A stretch of DNA of 64,000 bases from an uncultured delta proteobacterium (GTDB lineage Bacteria > Myxococcota_A > Polyangia > Polyangiales > B10-G4): positions 32,001 to 96,000 of the forward strand of contig CAVSGI010000010.1 of the NCBI GenBank assembly GCA_963727445.1. The letters run 5' to 3'. A program made the translations under genes and the position numbers. Below are positions 49,968 through 59,580 of the stretch, in pieces. A model generated the notes under the pieces. That model was given only the letters and a program-made list of their open reading frames with translations. It was not told the origin of the DNA and ran no database searches. Positions within the stretch are counted from its first letter, which is position 1. Each line of letters begins with the position of its first letter.

Positions 49968-51632
49968 TCACGCCGCGCGGGCTTGCTCGAGGAGCTCGGC
50001 GGCGGCGGCGCGGGTCTTCTTGGTGACCCGGGCGCCGCCGAGCATCTGGGCGAGGGCGTCGAGGCGGGCGCGGCCGGACAGCGCCTGGACGCGGCTGACG
50101 GTGCGTCCCTGCTCGATCGCCTTCTCGACGTGGAAATGCGCGTCGGCGAAGACCGCGACCTGAGGCAGGTGGGTGATGCACAGGACCTGGCGATCGCGCG
50201 CGACCTCTTTGAGCTTCTTGCCGACGCGCTCGGCGACGATGCCGCCCACGCCGGTGTCGATCTCGTCGAAGACGTGCAGTCCCCCGGACTGGCGGTCGCT
50301 CAGGACCCGCTTGATCGCCAGGAGCACCCGGGAGAGCTCGCCGCCGCTCGCTACCCGCGAGAGCGACATCGCCGCTTCGCCGGCGTTGGGCGCCACCACC
50401 AGCTCGACGCGATCGGCGCCGGTCGGCCCCAGCGGCGCCTCGTGCACGGCGATCTCGAAGGTAGCCTGACCCATGCCGAGCGACTCGAGCTCCCCGGAGA
50501 TCGCCCGCGCGAGGCGCTTCTTGGCGCGCGTCCTGAGCCGATGAAGCGCCCGCGCCTTGTCGCGCGCCTCCGCTTCGGCCGCGGTCACCGCCTCTTCGAG
50601 CGCTTCTGCGTGCGCTTCGCGGCGCCCGAGCAGCGCGAGCTCCTCCCGCGCTTCGTCCCGCCGCGCGATCACCGCGGAGAGATCGCCCCCGTGCTTCTTC
50701 GACAGGCGCCGCAGCTGCCCCACGCGCTCGTCCAACCAGGAGAGACGCGCCGGGTCGGCGGGCGTCCGCCGCGCGTACGCGGCCGCTTCCCCCGCCACGT
50801 CCTCGATCAGCGCCCGCGCGTCGTCGAGCTGCGAGGCCCAGCTCCCGAGGCGCGCGTCGTGCCGGGCGGCCTGCGACAGCGACTCGGCGATGCGTGCGAG
50901 CGCGCCGCTGATGGACGCATCGCTCCCGAGGAGCGCGTCCTCGGCCCCCTCGGTCACCTGCATCAGCTGTTCGGCGTGGGCGAGACGCGCATGTTCCTCC
51001 TCGAGACGCACGTCCTCGCCTTCCTCCGGCGCGACCTCGTCGATCTCGCGCAGCACGAAGCGCAGGAAGTCCTCACGCTCGGCCCGGCCCGCGGCACGGC
51101 GCGAGAAGTCGGCGAGGGCGTCGCGTGCGAGAGCGAGGGCGTCGTGCGCGTCGCGCATCTCCTTCTTCAGATTCTCCGCGCCCGCGAAGGCGTCCAGGAG
51201 CTCGAGCTGCTGCCGCGGCTCCGTCAGCCCATGATGCTCGTGCTGCGACGAGATCGTCGCGAGACCGCGCGCGAGGTCCGCCAGCTGCCTCTGGCTCGCC
51301 AGGCGACCATCGAGGTATGCCCGGCTGCGACCTGTCGCCCGGACGATGCGACGGACCACAAGCTCGTCCCCCACGTCGAAGCCGGCGGCGACGAAGCGCC
51401 CCCGCACCTCGGGCGCGTCGGCGAGATCGAAGAGCGCCTCCACCTCCGCCGCTTCGGCGCCGGCGCGCACGAGCTCCGGCCGACTGCGCGCGCCGAGCAC
51501 CAGCTCGAGGGCATCGACCAGGATGCTCTTGCCCGCGCCTGTCTCGCCGGTCAAAACCGTCAGGCCGGGCCCGAGCTCGAGCTCGAGCGTGTCCACGATC
51601 GCCAGATCCTTCACCCGAAGACAGGTCAGCAT
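49968..51632 (-). CDS. recN: DNA repair protein RecN
   Basis: LTGETGAGKSIL, SQHEH, coiled coil, VASGGELSRVLLA, FDEIDTGVGG, QVLCITHLPQVA. Confidence 0.96.
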   Translation of the reverse strand: MLTCLRVKDLAIVDTLELELGPGLTVLTGETGAGKSILVDALELVLGARSRPELVRAGAEAAEVEALFDLADAPEVRGRFVAAGFDVGDELVVRRIVRATGRSRAYLDGRLASQRQLADLARGLATISSQHEHHGLTEPRQQLELLDAFAGAENLKKEMRDAHDALALARDALADFSRRAAGRAEREDFLRFVLREIDEVAPEEGEDVRLEEEHARLAHAEQLMQVTEGAEDALLGSDASISGALARIAESLSQAARHDARLGSWASQLDDARALIEDVAGEAAAYARRTPADPARLSWLDERVGQLRRLSKKHGGDLSAVIARRDEAREELALLGRREAHAEALEEAVTAAEAEARDKARALHRLRTRAKKRLARAISGELESLGMGQATFEIAVHEAPLGPTGADRVELVVAPNAGEAAMSLSRVASGGELSRVLLAIKRVLSDRQSGGLHVFDEIDTGVGGIVAERVGKKLKEVARDRQVLCITHLPQVAVFADAHFHVEKAIEQGRTVSRVQALSGRARLDALAQMLGGARVTKKTRAAAAELLEQARAA

Positions 51633-51833
51633 CACCGCTCCTCCGCGGGGCGAACGGCCCCACGACTCATCGACCTCAGACGCCTTCGGTTGCTCAGGAC
51701 TGACGGAGGACGACTCTGAACAGTTGTACAGTGCGCTGCGGAGCGCGGCAAGCTTTCCGGGCCGGTGCGGCCCTTGCTACCCTCCGGACGCGTCCCGCAA
51801 TTCCAGGGGCCTGCCATCCCCCCTCACCCCTCG

Positions 51834-53375
51834 ATGTCGCTGCTTCCTTCTCGCCTCCACGCCTTCGCCCTGGCGCTCTCGGCCGCCCTCACGCTCCTCC
51901 TCGCGGTGGGGGAGGCATCGGCGCAGACCCGCGTGGTCGTAGAGAATTTCCACGGTCCGCAGAGTGGCCGCGTTCGGGGATACGTCGTTCAAGCCCTCAG
52001 CAACGAAGGCTCGATCGAGATCGTGCCGCGCGCCGAGGTGGAGGCCGCCGCCGCGGAGCTGGGCTTGCGCGCCAATCGATTGCGTGAGGACGACTATCCC
52101 CAGATCGCCCAACAACTGAACGTCACGGCTTTCGTCAAAGGGCGGGTCAGCCGCCGGCGACGCCGCTGGTCCGCGGTCGTGACAGTGATCAACGGCGCCG
52201 ACGGCGCGACCCTCGGCCGCGAGCGCTGGGGTGGCCGCACGGTGTCCAGCCTCGGCGCCATCCGGCGCAACGGCTACCGCCGGCTCGAGCCGCATCTGTC
52301 GAGCGCCCAGTCCCCGGGCCCCGCGTCGAACCAGAACGACAACGCACAGGCCAACCCCAACCACTGGGCTTACGGCGGCGCAGAGAACGACGAGGGGTAC
52401 GACGACGAAGAGATCCCGGGCGAGGAAGACGAAGAGGAAGAGGACTCCGAGCCGGTCGATCCCGGCTCGGCCTTCGACTTCCTCACCATCGAGCTCCTCG
52501 GCGGCTTTCTGCATCGCGGGATGACCGCCAACGCGCGCGTCCTCAACAACGGCCGCGACCCCATGGGGCCGGCCGAGCTCGACGAGGTGCGCAGCTACAC
52601 CAGCGCGGGCCTCGGCGGCGGCGAGGTGGGCTTCCGCATGGGCTTCTTCCCCGGCGCGATCCCCGACGACCAACCCATCCCCTGGTTCGGCGCGATCTTC
52701 GAGCTCCGCCACTCCGTGGGCCTGACCTCGCGCGGATGCCCCCAGACGGGTCCCTGCACCACCGACCAGGATCGCATCGATGTCGGCACCGAGCAGTGGG
52801 CGATGTACGTCGGCGCCCAGGGTCGCTTCCGCTTCGGTGACAAGCGCGGCGCGCCGATGATCTGGGCCGACGTCGGCTACGGCATCTTCGGCTTCCTTCT
52901 GGATCCCGGCGCGCTCATGCAGCTCGAGCGCCCGAGCGTCATCCCGCCGATCCAGTACAGCTACATCCACCTCGGCGGCGGCATCAACTATGCCCTGGTC
53001 CCCATCTACTTCACCGCGGGGCTTCGCCTCGGCTACAACGCCGGCCTCGACGTCGGCCAGAACGCCCGCGACATCTGGGGACTGCAGACGGGGGGCTCGA
53101 GCGGTTTTCAGCTCGGCATCGATCTGACGACGGAGATGCCCTACATCGCCGAGGGCGTCTTCCTCGGACTGAGCTTCGAGTATTTCGTCTTCTCCACCGC
53201 GTGGCGCGGCCAGACGCGCTGCGTGGACCCCTCCACCGGCTGCAGCCCCACCGATCCCTGGGAGCCCTGGCCGTCCGATCCCGCCGACCCCGACGTGGTC
53301 ACCGGGGGGATCCAGGATCCGGTGAACGACAACTACATTCGCCTGTATCTGTCGATCGGGTACGCGTTTCGTTAG
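51834..53375 (+). CDS. Secreted or outer-membrane protein: N-terminal alpha/beta domain, acidic linker, C-terminal beta-barrel-like region
   Basis: Signal peptide ending ASA-Q; alternating aromatic/Gly strands; C-terminus YLSIGYAFR resembles a beta-signal. Confidence 0.6.
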   Translation: MSLLPSRLHAFALALSAALTLLLAVGEASAQTRVVVENFHGPQSGRVRGYVVQALSNEGSIEIVPRAEVEAAAAELGLRANRLREDDYPQIAQQLNVTAFVKGRVSRRRRRWSAVVTVINGADGATLGRERWGGRTVSSLGAIRRNGYRRLEPHLSSAQSPGPASNQNDNAQANPNHWAYGGAENDEGYDDEEIPGEEDEEEEDSEPVDPGSAFDFLTIELLGGFLHRGMTANARVLNNGRDPMGPAELDEVRSYTSAGLGGGEVGFRMGFFPGAIPDDQPIPWFGAIFELRHSVGLTSRGCPQTGPCTTDQDRIDVGTEQWAMYVGAQGRFRFGDKRGAPMIWADVGYGIFGFLLDPGALMQLERPSVIPPIQYSYIHLGGGINYALVPIYFTAGLRLGYNAGLDVGQNARDIWGLQTGGSSGFQLGIDLTTEMPYIAEGVFLGLSFEYFVFSTAWRGQTRCVDPSTGCSPTDPWEPWPSDPADPDVVTGGIQDPVNDNYIRLYLSIGYAFR

Positions 53376-53385
53376 GCGTGAGATC

Positions 53386-53419
53386 GGGCACGGGCACGGG
53401 CAGGGGCACGGGCAGGGGA
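53386..53419. repeat. Short GGGCAC/GGGCAG hexamer tandem repeat upstream of alaS
   Basis: gggcacgggcacgggcaggggcacgggcagggg. Confidence 0.7.
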
Positions 53420-53461
53420 GCGATCGACATCCTCGCCGGTCGGCGTTATTAGACCCGCATC

Positions 53462-56123
53462 ATGGATTCGAAGGCGATCCGAAAGGCGTTCCTCGACTAC
53501 TTCGCCGAGCGTGGCCACGAGCGCGTGGCCTCGGGGCCCATCGTGCCCGCGAACGACCCGACGTTGATGTTCGCCAACGCGGGGATGGTGCAGTTCAAGG
53601 ACGTCTTCACCGGCAAGGACGTCCGGCCCTACTCGCGGGCCGCGACGAGCCAGAAGTGCATCCGCATCAGCGGCAAGCACAACGACCTCGAGAACGTCGG
53701 CGTCACCGCCCGTCATCACACCTTCTTCGAGATGCTCGGGAACTTCTCCTTCGGCGACTACTTCAAGCGCGAGGCCATCGAGTATGCGTGGAAGTTCCTC
53801 ACCGAGGTGATGGAGATCGACCAGAGCCGGATGGTGGTCAGCATCTTCGGCGGTGACGACGAGCTCCCGGCGGACGAAGAGGCGGCGAAGATCTGGGCCG
53901 AGGTGAGCGGCTTCGGGCCGGAGCGCATCATGCGCTGCGGCGCCAAGGACAACTTCTGGTCCATGGGCGACACCGGGCCCTGCGGTCCGTGCAGCGAGAT
54001 CTTCTACTTCATCGGCGAAGGCGAGGCGGACGTCTCGAAGTTCGACGAGGAGCCGGGGATCGACGGCAAGGGCTGGACCGAGATCTGGAACAACGTCTTC
54101 ATGCAGTTCGAGCGCCACGCGGACGGAAAGCTCACGCCGCTGCCCGCGCCGAGCGTCGACACCGGGATGGGCCTCGAGCGCCTCTCGGTGCTCAAGCAGG
54201 GCGTCACCAGCAACTACGACACCGACCTGCTCCGTCCCCTCGTCGACCTGGCGGCGAAGATCGCGGGCAAGAAGTACGGCGGGAGCCTGTCGAAGGACGA
54301 CATCTCGATGCGGGTGATCGCGGACCACGCGCGCACCACCGCTTTCATGATCGCCGAGGGCATCTTCCCCGACAAAGCGGACCGCTCCTACGTGCTGCGG
54401 CGGGTCATGCGCCGCGCGATCCGCCACGGCCATCGCCTGGGCATCGAAGAGCCCTTCCTGCACGAGGTCGCGCTGTTGGTCGTCCAGCGGATGGGCGACG
54501 TCTATCCCGAGCTCGAAGAGCAGAGCGCGGTCATCGTCGACGTGACCAAGCAGGAGGAGGAGCGCTTCCGCGAGACCCTCGCGCGGGGCCTCGCCATCCT
54601 CGAGGACAATGACGAGTGGATGGAGGCGAAGGGAGAGAAGCGCTTGCCCGGCGCGGTCGCCTTCAAGCTCTACGACACCTACGGCTTCCCGCTGGATCTG
54701 CAGCGCGTGATCGGCGAGGAGAACGGCTTCGGCATCGACGAAGAGGGCTACGAAGCGGAGCTCGCGGCGGCCAAGGAGCGGAGCAAGGGCAGCAAGGTGG
54801 GCGAGGAGGCGGTCTCGGAGATCTTCTACGCCCTGCACCACGACCTCGGCGACACGGACTTCGTCGGCTACGAGGACGAGGAGGCGACGGCGCAGATCGT
54901 CGCCCTGGTGAAGGACGGTGAGCGGGTCGACTCGCTGACCAAGGGCGACGAGGGACAGATCCTCGTCGACGTCACCCCTTTCTATGCGGAGTCCGGAGGT
55001 CAGGTGGGCGACGAGGGGCGTGATCGCGTCCTTCGACGCGCGCTTCGAGGTCGACCGACACCCAGAAGCCGGTGGGCTCGCTCTTCGTTCACCACGGCAA
55101 GGTCTCGGCGGGGACCCTCGAGGTCGGTCAGGAGGTCACCCTCGAGGTCGATCACGACCGCCGCATGCAGACGCGCCGCAACCACTCGGCGACGCACCTT
55201 CTCCACTACGCGCTTCGCAAGGTGCTCGGCCCGCAGGCGACGCAGAAGGGCTCGCTGGTCGGCCCGGATCGGCTGCGCTTCGACTACGCGTCGTCGCAAC
55301 CGCTCACGGCCGCGCAGGTCGCCGAGATCGAGGACCTGGTCAACGAGAAGATCCTCGACGAACGTCGACATCACGACCGACGTGCTGCCGATGGACGAGG
55401 CGAAGGCGCGGGGCGCGATCGGCATCTTCGAGGAGAAGTACGGCGAGGTCGTTCGCATGCTCACGATGAGCGAGGACTCGATCGAGCTCTGCGGCGGCAC
55501 CCACGCGTCGCGCACGGGCGACATCGGCTACTTCAAGCTCCTGTCGGAGTCGGGGCTGGCGGCCGGCGTGCGGCGCATCGAGGCGGCGACGGGCTGGAAC
55601 GCCATCGACGCCGTGCGCGCGATCGAGCGCGAAGTGGGCGAGACCGCGGCGCTCCTCAAGACGTCGCCCGCGCAGCTCAAGGACAAGGCCCAGAAGCTGG
55701 TCGGCCGCGAAAAGGAGCTCGAGCGCGAGATCGACGCGCTGAAGCACAAGATGATGAGCGGCGGCGGTCGCGACTACAAAGCGGACGCGCGTGCAGGTCG
55801 ACGGCGTGAACGTGCTGGGCGTGACGGTCGAGCTCGGTGACCCGAAGGCGCTTCGCGAGTTCGCCGACAAGCTGCGCGACGAGCTGGCGCCGGCCGTGGT
55901 GCTGGTCGGCACCGCCGGCAAGAAGGGCAAGGCGTTCCTCGCCTGCAGCGTCAGCAAGGACGTCACCGACCGCTTTCAGGCGGGCGCCATCGTCAAGGAC
56001 GCCGCCGCGGTCGTGGGCGGCGGCGGCGGCGGCCGGGCGGACTTCGCGCAAGCGGGCGGAAGCGACCCGTCGAAGCTGGGCGAAGCCGTCGAGCGCGTCT
56101 ATGCGCTGACAGGCGCCGTCTAG
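53462..56123 (+). CDS. alaS: Alanine--tRNA ligase; about 4 frameshifts (near 55015, 55055, 55360, 55790)
   Basis: FANAGMVQFK, RHHTFFEMLGNFSFGDYFK, DTGMGLER, TPFYAESGGQVGD, NHSATHLLH, ELCGGTH, GGGGGRADFAQAGG. Confidence 0.95.
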
Positions 56124-56130
56124 GGGTATC

Positions 56131-56240
56131 GCCGCCCCGCTCTTGGCGCATCTGTCTGTCGGCCGCGGGGAAGCAGTCCCCGAGGGGAGCGTGGAGGGGG
56201 CGGAAGTCCCCTCACCGAAAAGACAAGAGCTTTACGGCGG
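56131..56240. other. Nested inverted-repeat element downstream of alaS (terminator, REP-like element or structured RNA)
   Basis: GCTCTTG/CAAGAGC and TCGG/CCGA outer stems enclose CGGGGA-agcag-TCCCCG and GAGGGG-gcggaagt-CCCCTC hairpins. Confidence 0.45.
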
Positions 56241-56248
56241 GGCCGTCC

Positions 56249-57640
56249 GTGGGCGAACCTTTCGTCGTGAACGTCTCTGAGGAGCAGCTTTCGGCGATCG
56301 ACGAGGAGCTGGCGGCGCTGGACGATCCCGAGCGCGTCTCGACGATCCTCGCGCGTTTCGCCGACGCCGAGCGCCCGGATCTCGCGGCGGTGGACGAGGA
56401 GCTCGAGGCGCTGGCTGCGGCCCTCGACGACGCCGAGTCTCTCCTCGCCGCTGCGCGGGCCCGGGTGCCGAGCACGTTGGTGGAGACGCCGCTGGAGCCT
56501 GTCGCCGAGGCCGAGACCGAATCCGAGCCCGTCGTCGTTGAATCCGAGTCCGCGGCGTCCACCGAAGAGGACGACGAGCTCGAGATGTTCTCCGAGATCC
56601 CCCCGCCGATGGAAGAAGGCGAGGAGGTGGATTCGGACATCCCTCCGCCGATGCCAGCAGCGGCTCCCGACCCCGAGATGGCGGCGGACGCGGAGATCGA
56701 CGCCGAGCCCGCGGCGTCGGCGCCCGACACCATCCCGCCGGCCGCCAACGCGGCCGAGCCCTCCTATACGGAGCTCGAAGCGCAGTTCTTCGGCGACAGC
56801 CAGGCGCCGCCCGCACCGTCGACGCCACCGGCCAATCCCGAGGCGGCCTTCTTCGGAGAAGAGGGCGTGATCGAGGGAGCGCCGCCTCCCGCGCTCTCCG
56901 AAGCGGACCTCTTCGCCGACGACGCGAGCGAGATCGAGGAGGCTCCCGTCGGCACGGGCGATCTCTCGGACCTCTTCGACGGCGACGCGCTCGCCGCGGC
57001 GGCGGGCGCCGAGCCCCTCGCGGACATCGCGTCGGCGCCGAGCGCCGCCGACCTCGAGCACAATCTCTTCGACGACGAGGAGCCCGAGGCCACTCACGTC
57101 TTCACCGTCGCCGACGTCGCCGAGATCGAGCGCCAGAGCAAGGCGCCGCCGGCCGAGACGAAGCCAGAGAGGACCGAGGCCGAGCTGGCGGCGGACGCCG
57201 AGATCGACGCGATTTTGGCGGCCAACGACGCGGAGAGCGCGGCCCTGGCTGCGGCGGAGGAGGCGATGGGCGCCTCCGACGCCGAAGCCAATCTCGACGC
57301 GCTCTTCGACGGCGTGCAGGCGGAGGCCCCGCCCCTCGACGCGGAGCCGACCCGTTCGGAGCCTCCGGCCCCGAGCCCGGTGGTGGCCGAAGAGGAAGCC
57401 GCCCTCGGTCTCGAAGCGGGCGACGACGAGTTCGAGATGATGCTCGACGACGACGACCTGGTCGTCCTCGACGACGACGACCTCCTCATGGAAGACGACG
57501 AGGAGGATGCCACCATGATCGTCGAGTCACCCATCGCCGCTCAGCAAGCGGCCCCCGCTCCCTCCGCGGAGGAAGCGGTCGAGTCCGAAGAGAAGAAGGG
57601 CGGCTTCTTCAAGAAGCTCTTCGGCAACGACGACGAGTGA
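56249..57640 (+). CDS. Highly acidic, largely disordered protein with a C-terminal amphipathic helix
   Basis: Asp/Glu/Ala/Pro-dominated 463 aa ending KKGGFFKKLFGNDDE. Confidence 0.75.
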   Translation: MGEPFVVNVSEEQLSAIDEELAALDDPERVSTILARFADAERPDLAAVDEELEALAAALDDAESLLAAARARVPSTLVETPLEPVAEAETESEPVVVESESAASTEEDDELEMFSEIPPPMEEGEEVDSDIPPPMPAAAPDPEMAADAEIDAEPAASAPDTIPPAANAAEPSYTELEAQFFGDSQAPPAPSTPPANPEAAFFGEEGVIEGAPPPALSEADLFADDASEIEEAPVGTGDLSDLFDGDALAAAAGAEPLADIASAPSAADLEHNLFDDEEPEATHVFTVADVAEIERQSKAPPAETKPERTEAELAADAEIDAILAANDAESAALAAAEEAMGASDAEANLDALFDGVQAEAPPLDAEPTRSEPPAPSPVVAEEEAALGLEAGDDEFEMMLDDDDLVVLDDDDLLMEDDEEDATMIVESPIAAQQAAPAPSAEEAVESEEKKGGFFKKLFGNDDE

Positions 57641-57659
57641 GTCGCCGTCCCACATAGAC

Positions 57660-57691
57660 GCAGGGGCCCGACCCGAAGGTCGGACCCCTGC
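57660..57691 (-). terminator. Stable hairpin between convergent genes, with a C(UUCG)G tetraloop on the minus strand
   Basis: GCAGGGGCCCGACC-CGAA-GGTCGGACCCCTGC, 14-bp stem with one mismatch; no U-tract. Confidence 0.6.
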
Positions 57692-57798
57692 CGCGGGAGG
57701 AGTTCCAGAGCGGTGAAATCTGGAACGGACTCGATGGACGACTACGATTCGGGAACGTTCCTCGCTCGTCTGCGGCGCCGCTCGCCGCGTCGGGCCAT

Positions 57799-58725
57799 TT
57801 AGAAGTAGAAGACGCCGCCGAAGTTCATGAGCGCGCCGACCGAGGTGTTGGTGGTGCGGCCGGTGGGGTTGCCGAAGTCGTCGAACTCGACGAACTCCGG
57901 CTGCGAGCTGTCCGAGATGCGATGCCGGATGAGGGCGCGCACGTCGAGGTTCAGCGCGAACCAGCGCGCGATGCGCCACTCGATGCCGAGGCCGCCTTCG
58001 CCGTTGAAGTGGGCGAAGCTCATGTCATCGAAGCTGCCGGTGAAGCGGTTGATGCCGTTCGCCGAGCCCCAGCTGAGGCCGAGACCGAGCACCGCGTAGA
58101 ACTGGAGGCGATGCTGCGGGTTGAAGAAGAAGAGGGTGTTGATGCCGACCGGCATCTCCCAGCGGCTCAGGCCGTTGTAGTCGGTGCCGCTGTAGTAGCC
58201 GAAGTCGACTTCGAGGGCGAAGTGGCCGCTGCGCGGGCGGAAGCGCGGGCCGATGCGGAAGCCGCCCATCTGCACGTTGTTGCCGATGATGCCGGAGACC
58301 GAGGGATGGATACCGAAGCTCGGGCGTCGCGGCTGGCGCTGCTGCTGCACCTGCTGCACCTGCGGGCCCTGCTGGGCGCCGGCGCTGACCACCACCGTCG
58401 TCTGCGCCTGCGGCTGGGCGATGGGCTGGGCGACGGGCTGGCTCGGCTGAACGACGACCACCGGCGGCGCGGGCGCGGGGGGCGGGGGAGGGGGCGCCGG
58501 CTGCGCCGGCTGCACCACCACCACCTGACCCGAGCGAACGGGCGGGGCCACGCCGACCCGGACGCGGGTGCGGTTTCGCACCCGGACGCGGGCCTGGGCG
58601 TTGAAGGAGGAGCCGACGTTCACCGAGGCGCAAAACGCGTCATCAGGCGCGCACTGCGCCTCGGCTTTGGGGGCGGCCAAGAGGAGAAACCCAGCCAACG
58701 CGGGCAGGGTCAGGATGGCTGTCAT
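57799..58725 (-). CDS. Outer-membrane beta-barrel protein with a Pro/Gln-rich linker
   Basis: Signal peptide ending AEA-Q; strands such as FYAVLGLGLSW and GLGIEWRIARWFALNLDVR; C-terminal FYF. Confidence 0.78.
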   Translation of the reverse strand: MTAILTLPALAGFLLLAAPKAEAQCAPDDAFCASVNVGSSFNAQARVRVRNRTRVRVGVAPPVRSGQVVVVQPAQPAPPPPPPAPAPPVVVVQPSQPVAQPIAQPQAQTTVVVSAGAQQGPQVQQVQQQRQPRRPSFGIHPSVSGIIGNNVQMGGFRIGPRFRPRSGHFALEVDFGYYSGTDYNGLSRWEMPVGINTLFFFNPQHRLQFYAVLGLGLSWGSANGINRFTGSFDDMSFAHFNGEGGLGIEWRIARWFALNLDVRALIRHRISDSSQPEFVEFDDFGNPTGRTTNTSVGALMNFGGVFYF

Positions 58726-58756
58726 GGGAAAGCGGCGCATCACGGAGGGACTCTTA

Positions 58757-58772
58757 CGCAAGCATGATGCCA
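58757..58772 (-). promoter_or_regulatory. Putative sigma-54 promoter for the beta-barrel gene
   Basis: Minus strand TGGCATC-ATGC-TTGCG matches TGGCACG-N4-TTGC with exact spacing, about 30 bp upstream of ATG 58725. Confidence 0.6.
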
Positions 58773-58941
58773 CGGGGGTATCCACCACGATCCTACGATA
58801 ATTCGGCTCTCAGCCCCTCGTGCGTGACCACGCGTTCACACCGGGCTGCGGCAGAGAGTTCTCGGAGGGGGTCCACGGCGGCGAGACCTGGGACGCTGGG
58901 GACGACGGCGTCTGGGGACAGAAGAGAGCGGGACCCGCGGG

Positions 58942-59370
58942 TCAGGCCGGCTCCCAGCCGCCGCCGTGGGCGCGGCGCCGGTGCTCGGGGCGTAGCTCGC
59001 TTCGGGCGTCCGGGCTCAGGAGCTCACAGGGGTCGAACCAGTGGACCGTGCGGGCGCGGCCGCGGAGCGGCGGGAGGTCGCCGCGAAATTCGTCGGAGGT
59101 GGGACAGCGGTCCTTCCAGAGCGCCTCCGGCGTGGGGACCTCGTCGAAGGCCAGGACTTCTTTGATGCCGCCGTTGCAGTTGGTGCTGACGACGAGGACC
59201 GAGCCGGGGAGCGCTCCCACCTCCTTCACCCGCAAGACGAGGTCGTGGTGAAACTCGCCCTGCTGGTGATGGGAGAGCAGCTCGAAGCCGCCGAAGCGCG
59301 TACGAAGGATCTCCAAAAGGGCGCCCAGCGACAGCGCCTCCGCCAGCTCGGACAGGGTCTCCACGCGCAT
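58942..59370 (-). CDS. Hypothetical protein with His/Cys motifs
   Basis: 142 aa; HHQQGEFHHD, TNCNGGIKE, WFDPCELL, GGGW. Confidence 0.7.
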   Translation of the reverse strand: MRVETLSELAEALSLGALLEILRTRFGGFELLSHHQQGEFHHDLVLRVKEVGALPGSVLVVSTNCNGGIKEVLAFDEVPTPEALWKDRCPTSDEFRGDLPPLRGRARTVHWFDPCELLSPDARSELRPEHRRRAHGGGWEPA

Positions 59371-59580
59371 CCTACGACGCCCGCGGGGCCGTTATTCCGC
59401 CCACGTGATCCACATCAGGCCGTGCGGGAGGTCCCGGGGGGTTGAGGCGGTCGTGGGGTGCTGGGGGGTGGGAGCACGCATCGGTTCCGCGGCGCTTGCA
59501 GCTGTGTGGTCAATTCTCGTCGACGGTTCTCGACCGCCGATGCCCCCCGGGACCCTCCCGTGCGGCTGGTCGTGCTTCTC

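Noticed and set aside
55000..55800. Programmed frameshifting or true pseudogenisation of alaS, cheB and others
   Set aside because: Several indels per gene, no consistent slippery site, and an essential gene affected; sequencing error is more parsimonious
56151..56180. SRP RNA suggested by GGAAGCAG
   Set aside because: It lacks the CAGG...GNRA helix-8 arrangement
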